Below, in pieces: positions 50,801 through 62,090 of a stretch of 62,118 bases of DNA. The notes under the pieces are model-generated. The model was not told where the DNA came from and did not search any database. It was given only the letters and a program-made list of their open reading frames with translations. Each line of letters begins with the position of its first letter. Within the stretch, counting starts at the first letter, position 1. The DNA comes from Picochlorum sp. SENEW3 (lineage: Eukaryota), in assembly GCA_034226945.1 (NCBI GenBank), contig CP120461.1, positions 930,001-992,118 on the forward strand, in the 5' to 3' direction. The translations under genes were made by a program, and so were the position numbers.

Positions 50801-53380
50801 TTGTGAGGTCCTTCTCGACGTCCTCGCCGCATTTCGAGACATGTACGATACCTATGGAGGGGATGGATGGGGTCTATCACGCGATGGCGAGGCTGCAGCT
50901 CTGCACAAAGTGTTCAATTCGCACATGTCCCGAGGTGTGGTGGCATCCAGGCGTTGTGAGGTCCTTCTCGACGTCCTCGCCGCATTTCGAGACATGTACG
51001 ATACCTATGGAGGGGATGGATGGGGTCTATCACGCGATGGCGAGGCTGCAGCTCTGCACAAAGTGTTCAATTCGCACATGTCCCGAGGTGGAGTGGCATC
51101 CAGGCGTTGTGAGGTCCTTCTCGACATCCTCGCCGCATTTCGAGACATTGCCGATACCTATGGAGGGGATGGATGGGGTCTATCACGCGATGGCGAGGCT
51201 GCACCTCTGCGCAAAGTGTTCAATTCGCACATGTCCCGAGGTGGAGTGGCATCCAGGCGTTGTGAGGTCCTTCTTGGCATCCTCGCCGCATTTCGAGACA
51301 TGTACGATACCTATGGAGGGGATGGATGGGGTCTATCACGCGATGGCGAGGCTGCACCTCTGCACAAAGTGTTCAATCTGCACATGTCCCGAGGTGTGGT
51401 GGCATCCAGGCGTTGTGAGGTCCTTCTCGACGTCCTCGCCGCATTTCGAGACATGTACGATACCTATGGAGGGGATGGATGGGGTCTATCACGCGATGGC
51501 GAGGCTGCAGCTCTGCACAAAGTGTTCAATTCGCACATGTCCCGAGGTGTGGTGGCATCCAGGCGTTGTGAGGTCCTTCTCGACATCCTCGCCGCATTTC
51601 GAGACATTGCCGATACCTATGGAGGGGATGGATGGGGTCTATCACGCGATGGCGAGCCTGCACCTCTGCACAAAGTGTTCAATTCGCACATGTCCCGAGG
51701 TGTGGTGGCATCCAGGCGTTGTGAGGTCCTTCTCGACGTCCTCGCCGCATTTCGAGACATGTACGATACCTATGGAGGGGATGGATGGGGTCTATCACGC
51801 GATGGCGAGCCTGCAGCTCTGCACAAAGTGTTCAATTTGCACATGTCCCGAGGTGGAGTGGCATCCAGGCGTTGTGAGGTCATTCTCGACGTCCTCGCCG
51901 CATTTCGAGACATGTACGATACCTATGGAGGGGATGGATGGGGTCTATCACGCGATGGCGAGGCTGCACCTCTGCGCAAAGTGTTCAATTCGCACATGTC
52001 CCGAGGTGGAGTGGCATCCAGGCGTTGTGAGGTCCTTCTCGACATCCTCGCCGCATTTCGAGACATGTACGATACCTATGGAGGGGATGGATGGGGTCTA
52101 TCACGCGATGGCGAGGCTGCAGCTCTGCACAAAGTGTTCAATCTGGCACATGTCCCGAGGTGGAGTGGCATCCAGGCGTTGTGAGGTCCTTCTTGGCATC
52201 CTCGCCGCATTTCGAGACATGTACGATACCTATGGAGGGGATGGATGGGGTCTATCACGCGATGGCGAGGCTGCACCTCTGCACAAAGTGTTCAATCTGC
52301 ACATGTCCCGAGGTGTGGTGGCATCCAGGCGTTGTGAGGTCCTTCTCGACGTCCTCGCCGCATTTCGAGACATTGCCGATACCTATGGAGGGGATGGATG
52401 GGGTCTATCACGCGATGGCGAGCCTGCAGCTCTGCGCAAAGTGTTCAATTCGCACATGTCTCGAGGTGGAGTGGCATCCGGGCGTTGTGAGGTCCTTCTC
52501 GACATCCTCGCCGCATTTTGAGACATGTACGATACCTATGGAGGGGATGGATGGGGTCTATCACGCGATGGCGAGCCTGCAGCTCTGCACAAAGTGTTCA
52601 ATCTGCACATGTCCCGAGGTGGAGTGGCATCCAGGCGTTGTGAGGTCCTTCTCGACGTCCTCGCCGCATTTCGAGACATGTACGATACCTATGGAGGGGA
52701 TGGATGGGGTCTATCACGCGATGGCGAGGCTGCAGCTCTGCACAAAGTGTTCAATTCGCACATGTCCCGAGGTGGAGTGGCATCCAGGCGTTGTGAGGTC
52801 CTTCTCGACGTCCTCGCCGCATTTCGAGACATTGCCGATACCTAAGGAGGGGATGGATGGGGTCTATCACGCGATGGCGAGCCTGCACCTCTGCACAAAG
52901 TGTTCAATTCGCACATGTCCCGAGGTGTGGTGGCATCCCGGCGTTGTGAGGTCCTTCTCGACGTCCTCGCCGCATTTCGAGACATGTACGATACCTATGG
53001 AGGGGATGGATGGGGTCTATCACGCGATGGCGAGGCTGCACCTCTGCACAAAGTGTTCAATTCGCACATGTCTCGAGGTGGCGTGTCATCCAGGCGTTGT
53101 GAGGTCCTTCTCGACGTCCTCGCCGCATTTCGAGACATTGCCGATACCTATGGAGGGGATGGATGGGGTCTATCACGCGATGGCGAGGCTGCAGCTCTGC
53201 ACAAAGTGTTCAATTCGCACATGTCCCAAGGTGGCGTGTCATCCAGGCGTTGTGAGGTCCTTCTTGGCATCCTCGCCGCATTTCGAGACATATACGATAC
53301 CTATGGAGGGGATGGATGGGATCTACCACGGGATGGCGAGGCTGCAGTTCTGCACAAAGTGTTCAATTCGCACATGTCCC
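44830..53380. repeat. Tandem array of a 153-bp unit, about 56 copies (first copy degenerate)
   Basis: Consensus ctcgccgcatttcgagacatgtacgatacctatggaggggatggatggggtctatcacgcgatggcgaggctgcagctctgcacaaagtgttcaattcgcacatgtcccgaggtggagtggcatccaggcgttgtgaggtccttctcgacatc repeated head-to-tail without spacers. Confidence 0.98.
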
Positions 53381-53559
53381 TGAAATGAGATTCTCTTAAT
53401 CGGCCAAGATGTATTACAATTGGGGTAATCATTAAAACAAGGAGGATGTTTGTGAGACTTTATCCTGGTTGGTGCTTTGTGCAACTATACGATGCAACAT
53501 TTTGGATCCTTTATATTGCAACAGGGTTGGGACTTATTGCTCCTCTTGCAAGAGTCCTA

Positions 53560-56500
53560 TTACTCTTCCTGATTCTCCTCCTCCTCCTCCTCCTCCTCCT
53601 CGGGGATTTGGAATTCGATTCTTCCCAGAACAGTTTTGGACAGAGCGTAAAGGTACGTGCTCACATGTGTGTCCAACAGGTCGAGAACATACTGCTCTTG
53701 GGCTCTGCTAATCCTCCTCTTCTCGTGATCGCTGATGTCGTTAGAAAACCCCAGTTGATATTGAGCATAGTTTTTCGTGAAGAGATTATCCACATTTTTC
53801 AGTTTGAGAAGTGCATCCCCAGGGCTAGGGTCCGAGGGCTTCCTATTGAATGGATGCAATGCCCATTTCATTTTCCTGTTCTCAACCTGAAGAAACTCGG
53901 GCAAATGAGAAGGCTTTGCTTTATGCAGCACCACCCTCCATAGACTTTCTAGAAAGTCCATGCCCCAACGCCTTTGAGACCCTAGCACCCCATCCGCAGT
54001 TGGGCCGAGCATGGCTTTCAGAAATGTCTGTTGGTGTGCAGTGTTGTTCACACGACCCTGACCCTGGGAGGATTGTCCACTTGTTAATGTGGGTGCAATG
54101 ACGCTCAGATAATCCAAAAGACACCTCGTAAACGCAAGTAGCAAGGTCCTGTTGTAGGTAGAAGTATGGACACGACACCTTTCGACCAATGCCTTGACCA
54201 CGCCTTGTGGGCCTGTGCTCTCCACTGTTTCGATCGTGACGAAACGCTCCTGTTGTCCACTGGCCGAATCGTCCGTTTTGAGGTAGCATTGTCGTAAGCA
54301 ACTCATGATTTTCCGGAAATTGTTGTCATCGAAGATCACCACAACCCCGAAACCACTTCCTGCACAGGAAGGCCCTATGATAGGAGGGCTCATGTCCAGC
54401 TCTGTCCCGGTCCTCTCGTGGCGGATCTCCAGGATCTCGTACTTGTTTAACTGCCAGACAAACCTCTTGTGGCGAGATTTTGCCTTGACCCTGACGCTAA
54501 ACTCGAAATTTCTCACGAGATCCTCCAGAAAGGTCAGCGACAGGTACTGTAACAGAACCAACGGCAGCGCAGACGGTAGACAGAACTGCAAGATCTCCGT
54601 AACCATGTGCCTACATTCGACAAAAAGTGACATGGCAATCAAATAAGGCGATGAGAGGACGAGCAGGAACGCTAAACTCGTCACAAGGACGAAATAGGAC
54701 ACAACATACCTGGACAGTGAAAATAGGTTTTTTACGAAATTGAGTTAACTCGCCGTCATCTGCATTCCTCAACCTCCTTGTTAGCAGGTACATGTAATCT
54801 TTCAAGATGAAGCTCGAACTCGCCCCAAGCAGGTCGTGGGTGCCGACGACACGTCCAACGCGGCTGCTGTTTTCCCACACCCCGAAGAGGAGGTGCGGGG
54901 GAAGCACCAAGTATCCGCTGGTTTTATAGCAATCGGTGATGGCCTTCCCAGCACTTGAGCGCAAATGTGCCGCGAGAGGTAGTTCTTTAGGGAGCTTCCT
55001 GTCGAGGGAATAAAATACCAGGGTGCCCGTGCCCGTACAAAGTGCTATGGAATCCACCACCTGGTACGAACAGTGCCCATGATGGCTGATCTCCGAGTAC
55101 GCCCTCAATGACAGGACCTCCATCCAACCTTTCAGGCTCCTGACGAGAGACGGGTACTCATCATGATGACTATACGACAAGAGTTCGCTAAACTTGACCG
55201 ATGCAAGTTTGGATAGTCTCCCAAGAATGTGCTCTCTCACAGCCTCCCCACAAAGCTCCTGTCCCGCCCATCCTCGTCCTCTGTCCTCCCCGTTTCATGT
55301 TCGCCCCACATTTGTAGTGCAGGACACTCACATCCTCAAACCTCAACGGAGTAGGTTTTGGCTGTCTGACGAGGAAGTCCTCGATAGTTTTATCCTGCAG
55401 CAAGACATGGAAAAAGCAGCTGAGAGGGGTCGTCACAAGACAACAGATATATAGTATATATATCCAATCAAGCAGTTGCATACGTACAAATGCCCCGACG
55501 TAGTCAGCAAGAGAAGATTCGATATAACACATTTTTGTCTCATCCAATGGGGGAACGGCCAGCCTGGCTAAGGATTTCTTGCACTCCACCTGTTTATGTT
55601 TGAACATGGATCTGTCGTCGAACGAACGATTGTAAGTTTCATACACTGACAGGATGGGGGCGTACTTCCCCCGCGGTTGGGTGTTCTCTTCTTTTCCTGC
55701 CCCATCCTCTCCTTCACTTTCTGTTTCATCATCATGATCACCTTGACTGGCCTCCCCTCTTCCTCCCTGAGGCCTCGCAGGGAGGACTCCTTCCTCTGGG
55801 ACTTGCTGCTCGACCCCTCTGGTTTGTATGGCCTGGGGCCGCAGGACCTCCACGATGCCATAGCGATCGTATCCCAATTGGTTCAAATCTGCATGTTCGT
55901 GCAAGGAAAATTTCGCTCCCGAAGGGCCGGGGCCGCTGGAGTTTCCCCAGGTAGAGTTCAAGATAAAATGACCATCTGGCTGCCGTTCTGCATCCTCTCC
56001 ACGGGGTCGTCGCAAGGCATCCCTCACCTCTTCCAACTTCTCGCGGGTCACGTGGAGCCTGATGTTCTGCTGTCCGTCGGACCCTTGCTCCTCGGGGAAG
56101 TACCCTGATGGCTCGGTGTGTGGCACCCATTCAGTCCTGTGAGGGTCCCAACATTCCATGACGAGCCCATCCCGACACTGGGGACGACGTACATGTCTGC
56201 CCCTGCCGTTTTTGGAGGCCTCACATACGCTTTCAGGGTTTCTGCAATACAGCCTGCAGCTGAAACAAGCCTGTCCCTTCTATCCTCGTCCGGATGCGGC
56301 ATGTCCAGTTCTCCTGTGTGCAGCGCACAGTCCATTGCGGAGTAGGACATCCTACTGAGCTGGATGGTGGCCGAAAACCACAAATTCTTGAGCATCTCTC
56401 TGAACCGCGCGCAAGTCGCCTCCGCAAGCACACTGTTGTCGTCGGTCTCGTCGGTCCCAGGGGCCCCTCGTGTTGCAAGCCTGCGCCTGCTTTGGGAGGG

Positions 56501-57647
56501 ACCCATCAAATCAGAGATCACCTGTTGGATTGTGAGGGTGGCGCGCCGGCCACGAGCAGCCTCGCGAACCTTCTCCCCTAAACCTGGTTGCCTGATGGCC
56601 AAGAACTCATCGATGCCGTCACTGGATGACAAAGCCTTCATCACATCTCCCGACAGGTCTGCACTGTAGGCAGCCTCCTCGCCGCTGCGGTTCGTCCCAC
56701 CCCTCGTAGAAGAACGGCGCGTGGCTCCTGCACTAGATTGCCCGATTTGGCCCGAGACCTCCCCATTCCTGATGGCGATGATGTAGTCCAAGATCAGGTC
56801 GAAGGCCACCACATCCACAGGAGACTTCAAGTCTGTCAACATCTGGGACACGAAAAGCGACGAGTGCTGCTGACTCCCAACGGTTCCCAGGTAGTGCTTT
56901 TCCCTAAATGCAGAGACAGCGGTGTCTCCCTGCCCGTGATGGTGGGTTTTCAGGGGTCCAGCAAGGAGCTGAATGCTTGGGACAACCTCAGGAGACCCTG
57001 ACGGGAATATCACAGCCCTACCCCTCTCCAGCGCATTCCGACGAATGCATATTTTGCTGCACATGGGACAAGGGAAGAATTAGTATTTTAATTTTAATCG
57101 CAACGAGCGCAGTGAAAACATATCAACGGAGAGCAGCAACAGGTGAAAAAACAAGGAGTCACGTACTCGAAGGTCTCGCTCGGCGAGATACAAACCACAT
57201 TAAACACGTCCAGCCGGTTTGAAATAATCTCCACTGTATCAATATCAGGATTCGCCCTCAACCAGGGCCCCTCCACGCCGTCGTATATCCGCATCAGGGG
57301 TGCCAGGGCCAGGGGCTCGGGGACGTCTCCGCCTATCTCCTCCACGAGATCGCCACGTCTCGCCACCGGTCGATCACCAATGCGATACAGCAGTTGGTGC
57401 CACTTGCACCTGTCGAATTCAGGCATATTCGTCCTCCCGGTTCCCCTTCAGGCAGCGATGCCCGCAACCTGTTCACCACATTCCCAGTACGCGTTCCATC
57501 CAGGGCGGTGGTCATCAGATACTCTTTAACCTGCGTCTCACGGAGTTTCCAGGCGATTTGGTGCTCCTCCATCTGTTCCGCGGCTCCCGTGCTCCTCCTG
57601 CGGCACTGCCCAAATTCCAAGATCTTGCGGAATCCTGCGGACGACAT
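53560..57647 (-). CDS. Orphan protein of about 1260 aa (reconstructed; introns 57057-57166, 55395-55487, 54611-54709; about 5 single-base shifts at homopolymers)
   Basis: Six overlapping minus-strand ORFs tile the interval; GTACGT/GTATGT donors and YAG acceptors; poly-Glu C-terminus; no domain recognised. Confidence 0.55.
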
Positions 57648-58004
57648 GCTTTGGGTTTGCCTCGTTAGACTGTCGAATCTTCCTTTTTAACTCTAGATAT
57701 TTATATTTTGGTATATCAGTAGGTGGGAAATAGTAGGGGGTACACAGTGGCGTCTCATTTTTCCGTGGGCATTCCCTCTACGCAGTTTTCGAGGCAAGGG
57801 TCCCACGGAAGGGGACCTCCGACAGGACACCGAAGTCGCGCTCGCGACAAGACATTTTCCCCCGCGAATAAACATTCCCCAATACCCGAAACCGACATGG
57901 TTTTTTGTGTTCATCAAATGGACAATTCGAAATAAAAAGAGACGTTTAGAAGGAAGGGGTCTCTAGCAAGAGACAGTGCTTTTTCTCGTGGAAGCGAACT
58001 TGGA

Positions 58005-60118
58005 ATGGCAAGGCGATGCGAGAAGTGTTCTCTGGGCCTCCGCAGAAAGAGGGACCGCCGCAGTCGGAATGGAGTCACACTCTGCAGGGCATGTTATGAC
58101 GAAGAGGAAAGGCCTAGTGGTTCCGTCCCTCGGGGTGGCTCGACCCAACTACTACAAAGAAGTAGTGGGGTTGCGAGCACGGACCAGCTGCAGGGGCGCC
58201 AAGGAGAAGAGGGGAGACCAGGTGCGCGCGTGTTTGGAAACATTTTTCTTTCCTTGTTTTATTTCGGCCCTTTTTTTAAGGGGAGAGTCTGTCTTGCTGG
58301 CATGGCTGACCGGAGGTGTGGTGTGCAGGCAGGCCTGAGGGTGATGTTGTGGAAGCTGGCCCAAGTTTCCAGCCCGCGCTTTCCGGGATCTTGCAACGTT
58401 TTCGCGCATTCTCACAGAGTGTTGCAAGCCAAGTGACCCATTCTGTCGGGGTTTCGGCGGGTGTGGAAGGGGCGTTGGCGATAGAGGGAGGCTCGGACAG
58501 CCGTCCTCCCGTTCCCATGGATGGCTGGATCCAAACAGAAAGAAGAAGCAGGGCCGCCAGCGCGGACCAGCAGCAGGGCCGCGAAGAAAGAGGGGAGGGG
58601 ATCACAAGTGCGTTTTGTTTTACTTTTTTTTTTTTTGGCGCTTTGTTCCCTTTTTCTTGCTGGCATGGCTGACCGGAGGTGTGGTGTGCAGGCAGGCCTG
58701 TTGTGGAAGCTGGCCCAAGTTTCCAGCCCCCCCTTGTGGAGTTGTCGCATCGTTATGATGGAATAGAGAGGTTCATGAGCCATCAAGAAGTGGGCAGACA
58801 GGGAGATGGAGTTCTCTTCGGGTCCACGGCTGGTGACGGATCTGACCTTGACGATGAGCCGGTCGTGGGGGGGCAGCCCGAAGTCCATCATCCACCTCTT
58901 CCCTTGGTGTTGGACGGAGGCGCTGGATTCCGATGGCTGCAGGTGTACAAGCGGGATTTGCTCGTCGGGGCAGCGGCGGCGTCGGCGGACCCCGAACGAA
59001 GGGCAACGCTGGAAGAGATTCGCACCCTCCACCGCGACGGCGAACTGTACAATTCTCGGGAGGAGTTGCTTCAACCCCTGCGGTCTTTAAACATTGAGGA
59101 TTTGCATCTGGTAAACAACGAGGTGGCTGAGGAGCAATGTGAGATTGTCACGAGGCAGGAGGAACGTCATGCCCCCCTCAACCCAACAGACGATGACGGT
59201 TTTGCAATCCGCTTAGGCCCGCCTGGGGAGCATCCTTCCTCCAATCCAGTCTCCCCGACCAGGGTTCGAATAGCACAAGGAGAAAAGCTTGTGTTCGAAG
59301 AAATCAAGATCCTGCGAGGCGTGGATAGGTGGTTCACGGCACCGGACCCACGGCCAAAATATTATCGTGTCTACTTGCCCACGTACATTATTGGCCCCCA
59401 TGAGAGAACGGGGATGTTTTTTACCGTGCCGAGCTGGGCCATGAGTTTTTCTGCCTTGTCAGATGCCCAGAGTTGCGTGATCTTCCATCGCGCCTTTTGC
59501 ACTGCCGTCGAGAATAAATCACTTTGCAACCCTCAAGGTGAGCAGCAGCCTTGGCACTTGAGCGTTCTCGAGCGGACAGAGGGCGTCGAGGCCTGGATGG
59601 TGACACGTTTCGAAAGCAGCGTGGAGTCGGTATTAAGAGACCTGGACCTGTTGTTCAATGAAGTGTATGGACGAGGCGTGGAGAACATTCCATTGCCTGA
59701 ATCTGGACCCATGGCCACTCCATGCGAGATCTACCTGATGGCGTTGTGCAGATTGCGCGGTTCCTCGTTTTTTGATGAAACAGATGCCAGCTTGATGAGG
59801 ACCACATATGTGGACTGGAAGCTGCGCCACCAGCCGGAAGAGCGTCGCGCACACATTTGCCTGGGGGACCTCTGGCGTACTTGGTGGAGTCTGTCGCCGG
59901 ATGACCATGACCATGATCGGTTCGAGTTATTGAAGATGACCCGCAGTGGCGCCATGAAACCTTGTGTGTTACGAGGTGGTGATATCCTGAGACTTCTCAC
60001 GAGAGAGTTTGTGGACCTGTATGACGCCTGCAGGTCAGGCGGGAGCAATAAACCAAACGCCACTCCGCTTGGTCCCTACATCTTTCATCAGACCGTCTTC
60101 CAGAGGCAGACGGAGTGA
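58005..60118 (+). CDS. Orphan protein of about 640 aa with an N-terminal C-x2-C-x18-C-x2-C zinc finger (introns 58222-58328, 58608-58691)
   Basis: Both GTGCG...GCTGAC...TGCAG introns splice in frame (217+279+1427 nt); MARRCEKC...NGVTLCRAC. Confidence 0.65.
58171..58729 (+). repeat. Internal duplication of an exon end, intron and next exon start (two copies)
   Basis: tcttgctggcatggctgaccggaggtgtggtgtgcaggcaggcctg and ttgtggaagctggcccaagtttccagccc each occur twice, about 360 bp apart. Confidence 0.85.
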
Positions 60119-61499
60119 GGGTCGAGAAAGGAAAAGATCTAGTGCTACTACTACAAACCATATCAGTATATGTAATTATGCAGTAAAAAAACAGAAGAAG
60201 ATGGTGCGTGGGAGACGCGCAGAGGCCTCTTTTTTTCTGCTTCGGGGCACCTCGAGTGAAGGAACAAAAGCTCTCCGGGTGTGTGTAGTGTAGGAGGGTT
60301 TAGACGCAAACTCGTTCCAATCAATTCCACTCATTATCTAGTATTATTATTAACACGAGGAGCGGCACTTGTTGAACGGGAGGTACAAAAAACAGTTCAG
60401 GTAGTAGTAGGAATCGACGAGGCCGTGGCACATCCTCCTCGGGAGGAAGTATAGGCTACTATGACCCGCCATGATCTCTTGTTTCGTTTAAGTGTCTCGT
60501 GAAAAACCAGGTATTGGATCCAAAGCGGCGTCTCCGTATTCTGCGGAAGAAAGGCGTCGTGCGATGGACGAGCTCGACTCGGGAGCGCTGGCTCCCGCAG
60601 CCCGCTCGAACGTCCCCACATCATGGCTGGGGAATTGTATTATTAGTATAAGTATTAATATTGTGTGGATGCGCAAGGTGGTCTTTCTTCTTGCTGGGGT
60701 ATAGCTGCTCCCAGCTCCCACAGAGGAGGAGGAGGAAGGGGAGTAGCGTGAGCCCTTCCTTGGCTTCTGTCCAAAGGCGGCGTTGGGAAAAAAACGTAGG
60801 ACACCCCTTGGTCTTCTCCACGCCAAGCAAGTATCCGGTCAACGGATACCTGTGATGGTTGCGTGCTCATACCGTGATTATCTCCGGTCCAGTGCACACG
60901 TTGACAGGCAAACAGGCCGAGGGACCATTCCCCTGGATGGATGGCACCTCGCCACGCCGCCTCGTCGTTGATCTGCATCCCACCCCCGACAAAACAGGTG
61001 ATTGGACCGAAGATGTGTGTCGGTCCATAACCTTCGGTCGACGGCATGATTGGATGGGTCGGGGAAGATGGATCCTTTTCGTCGTTCGTAAATGAGACAA
61101 TAAAAAAACAGGGCGACCATGTAATGCCACGCCTTTTTTTATTAATTTTTTAAGAAGACCAAACCACCCGGCCAGGCTCCGCGAGATTTTTGTGTCTTCT
61201 TTTTTTCCCGCGTTTCCCGCTCACAAGGTCGGTTTGACCGAGGGTGTGGTGGTTTCGTGTTATTCCCAGCAGATCGTTCCCATCAAAGACCTCTTCTGAT
61301 GGGAAGAAGCCTGGATGCGGACGCACAGACAGCAGCCAGGGTTGGAGAGGAGAAGACGAGCTATAAAAACAGCAGTCTTTCTTGTCTATGACACCACACG
61401 AGTGTTCCTCATTTTTTTTTAACGATATCTCGTAATTATGGGAGTATTACTACTATTGGGAACATACTGTGTAGACGTAGTACTAGAACACTGAAACTG

Positions 61500-62020
61500 C
61501 TCTCTCTCTGGTCTTGTTGTCGCCGTCGCTCAGGTCAGGTGGAGCAGCTTGTTGTGCAGTATTGTTGTTGTGAAGACGACGATTTGTTTGCATTTCATTC
61601 TTGTTTCATGATGATGTCTTTTCTTTATTTTTATTCTTTTCATACACTTGCCTTCTTCTTGTTGTACCTTTCTCTATCTCTCAGATATGAGATGTTGTCT
61701 GTGAGTCTCTCCTATCTCCAGGTTGTTCTTCTTGTCGTGTGTTTCGTTGTGTCGTGTCGTGTCGTGTTATTCTTGGTGGTGTAGATTATTGTTGTGCATG
61801 TTATTGTTGTCATTATCAATGAAGAGGAGTATTATGAGCTATTTTGTTGTTTTTTTGGTTGGTGTGTTTTTTTTGGTTAGGGTATTTTGGTCTTTTTGAG
61901 GGTGGTTTTTTGTGATTTATTTTGGCTTTTTGTGATGTTTTCATTTATTTTGGTGGTTTAATATTTGTATTATTTGAAAATTGTGTTTATTTTTTGTTTG
62001 TGTGGTGGACTGGGTGTGAA
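61500..62020. other. Low-complexity, strongly T/G-skewed tract
   Basis: Runs of ttgttg, gtcgt, ggtggtttt; A and C scarce on the + strand, especially after 61830. Confidence 0.8.
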
Positions 62021-62070
62021 TATGTGGCTATATACCCTCATTACCCTCACTGCCAAGAACGACGGTATGC

Positions 62071-62090
62071 ATAGGGTATAGGGTATAGGG
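62071..62090 (+). repeat. Three TATAGGG-like units (telomere-repeat variant)
   Basis: ataggg tataggg tataggg. Confidence 0.5.

Noticed and set aside
45945..52276. Short minus-strand ORFs within the array
   Set aside because: They arise only where an indel unit removes a stop; by-products of the repeat.
44830..53380. CRISPR array
   Set aside because: Units are contiguous with no unique spacers, there are no cas genes, and the context is eukaryotic.
44830..53380. 5S rRNA, tRNA or hammerhead ribozyme array
   Set aside because: No 5S or tRNA consensus and no CUGANGA/GAAA hammerhead core recognised on either strand.
53446..53943. Plus-strand ORF with a poly-Leu membrane-like stretch
   Set aside because: Antisense of the poly-Glu tail of the minus-strand gene.
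61277..61315. Helitron 3' end (hairpin plus CTRR)
   Set aside because: No Rep/helicase motifs, wrong flanking base, and unusual sequence continues beyond it.
62071..62090. RNA polymerase I promoter (TATATAGGG-like) or rDNA spacer
   Set aside because: No rRNA sequence in the window and the match is too short.
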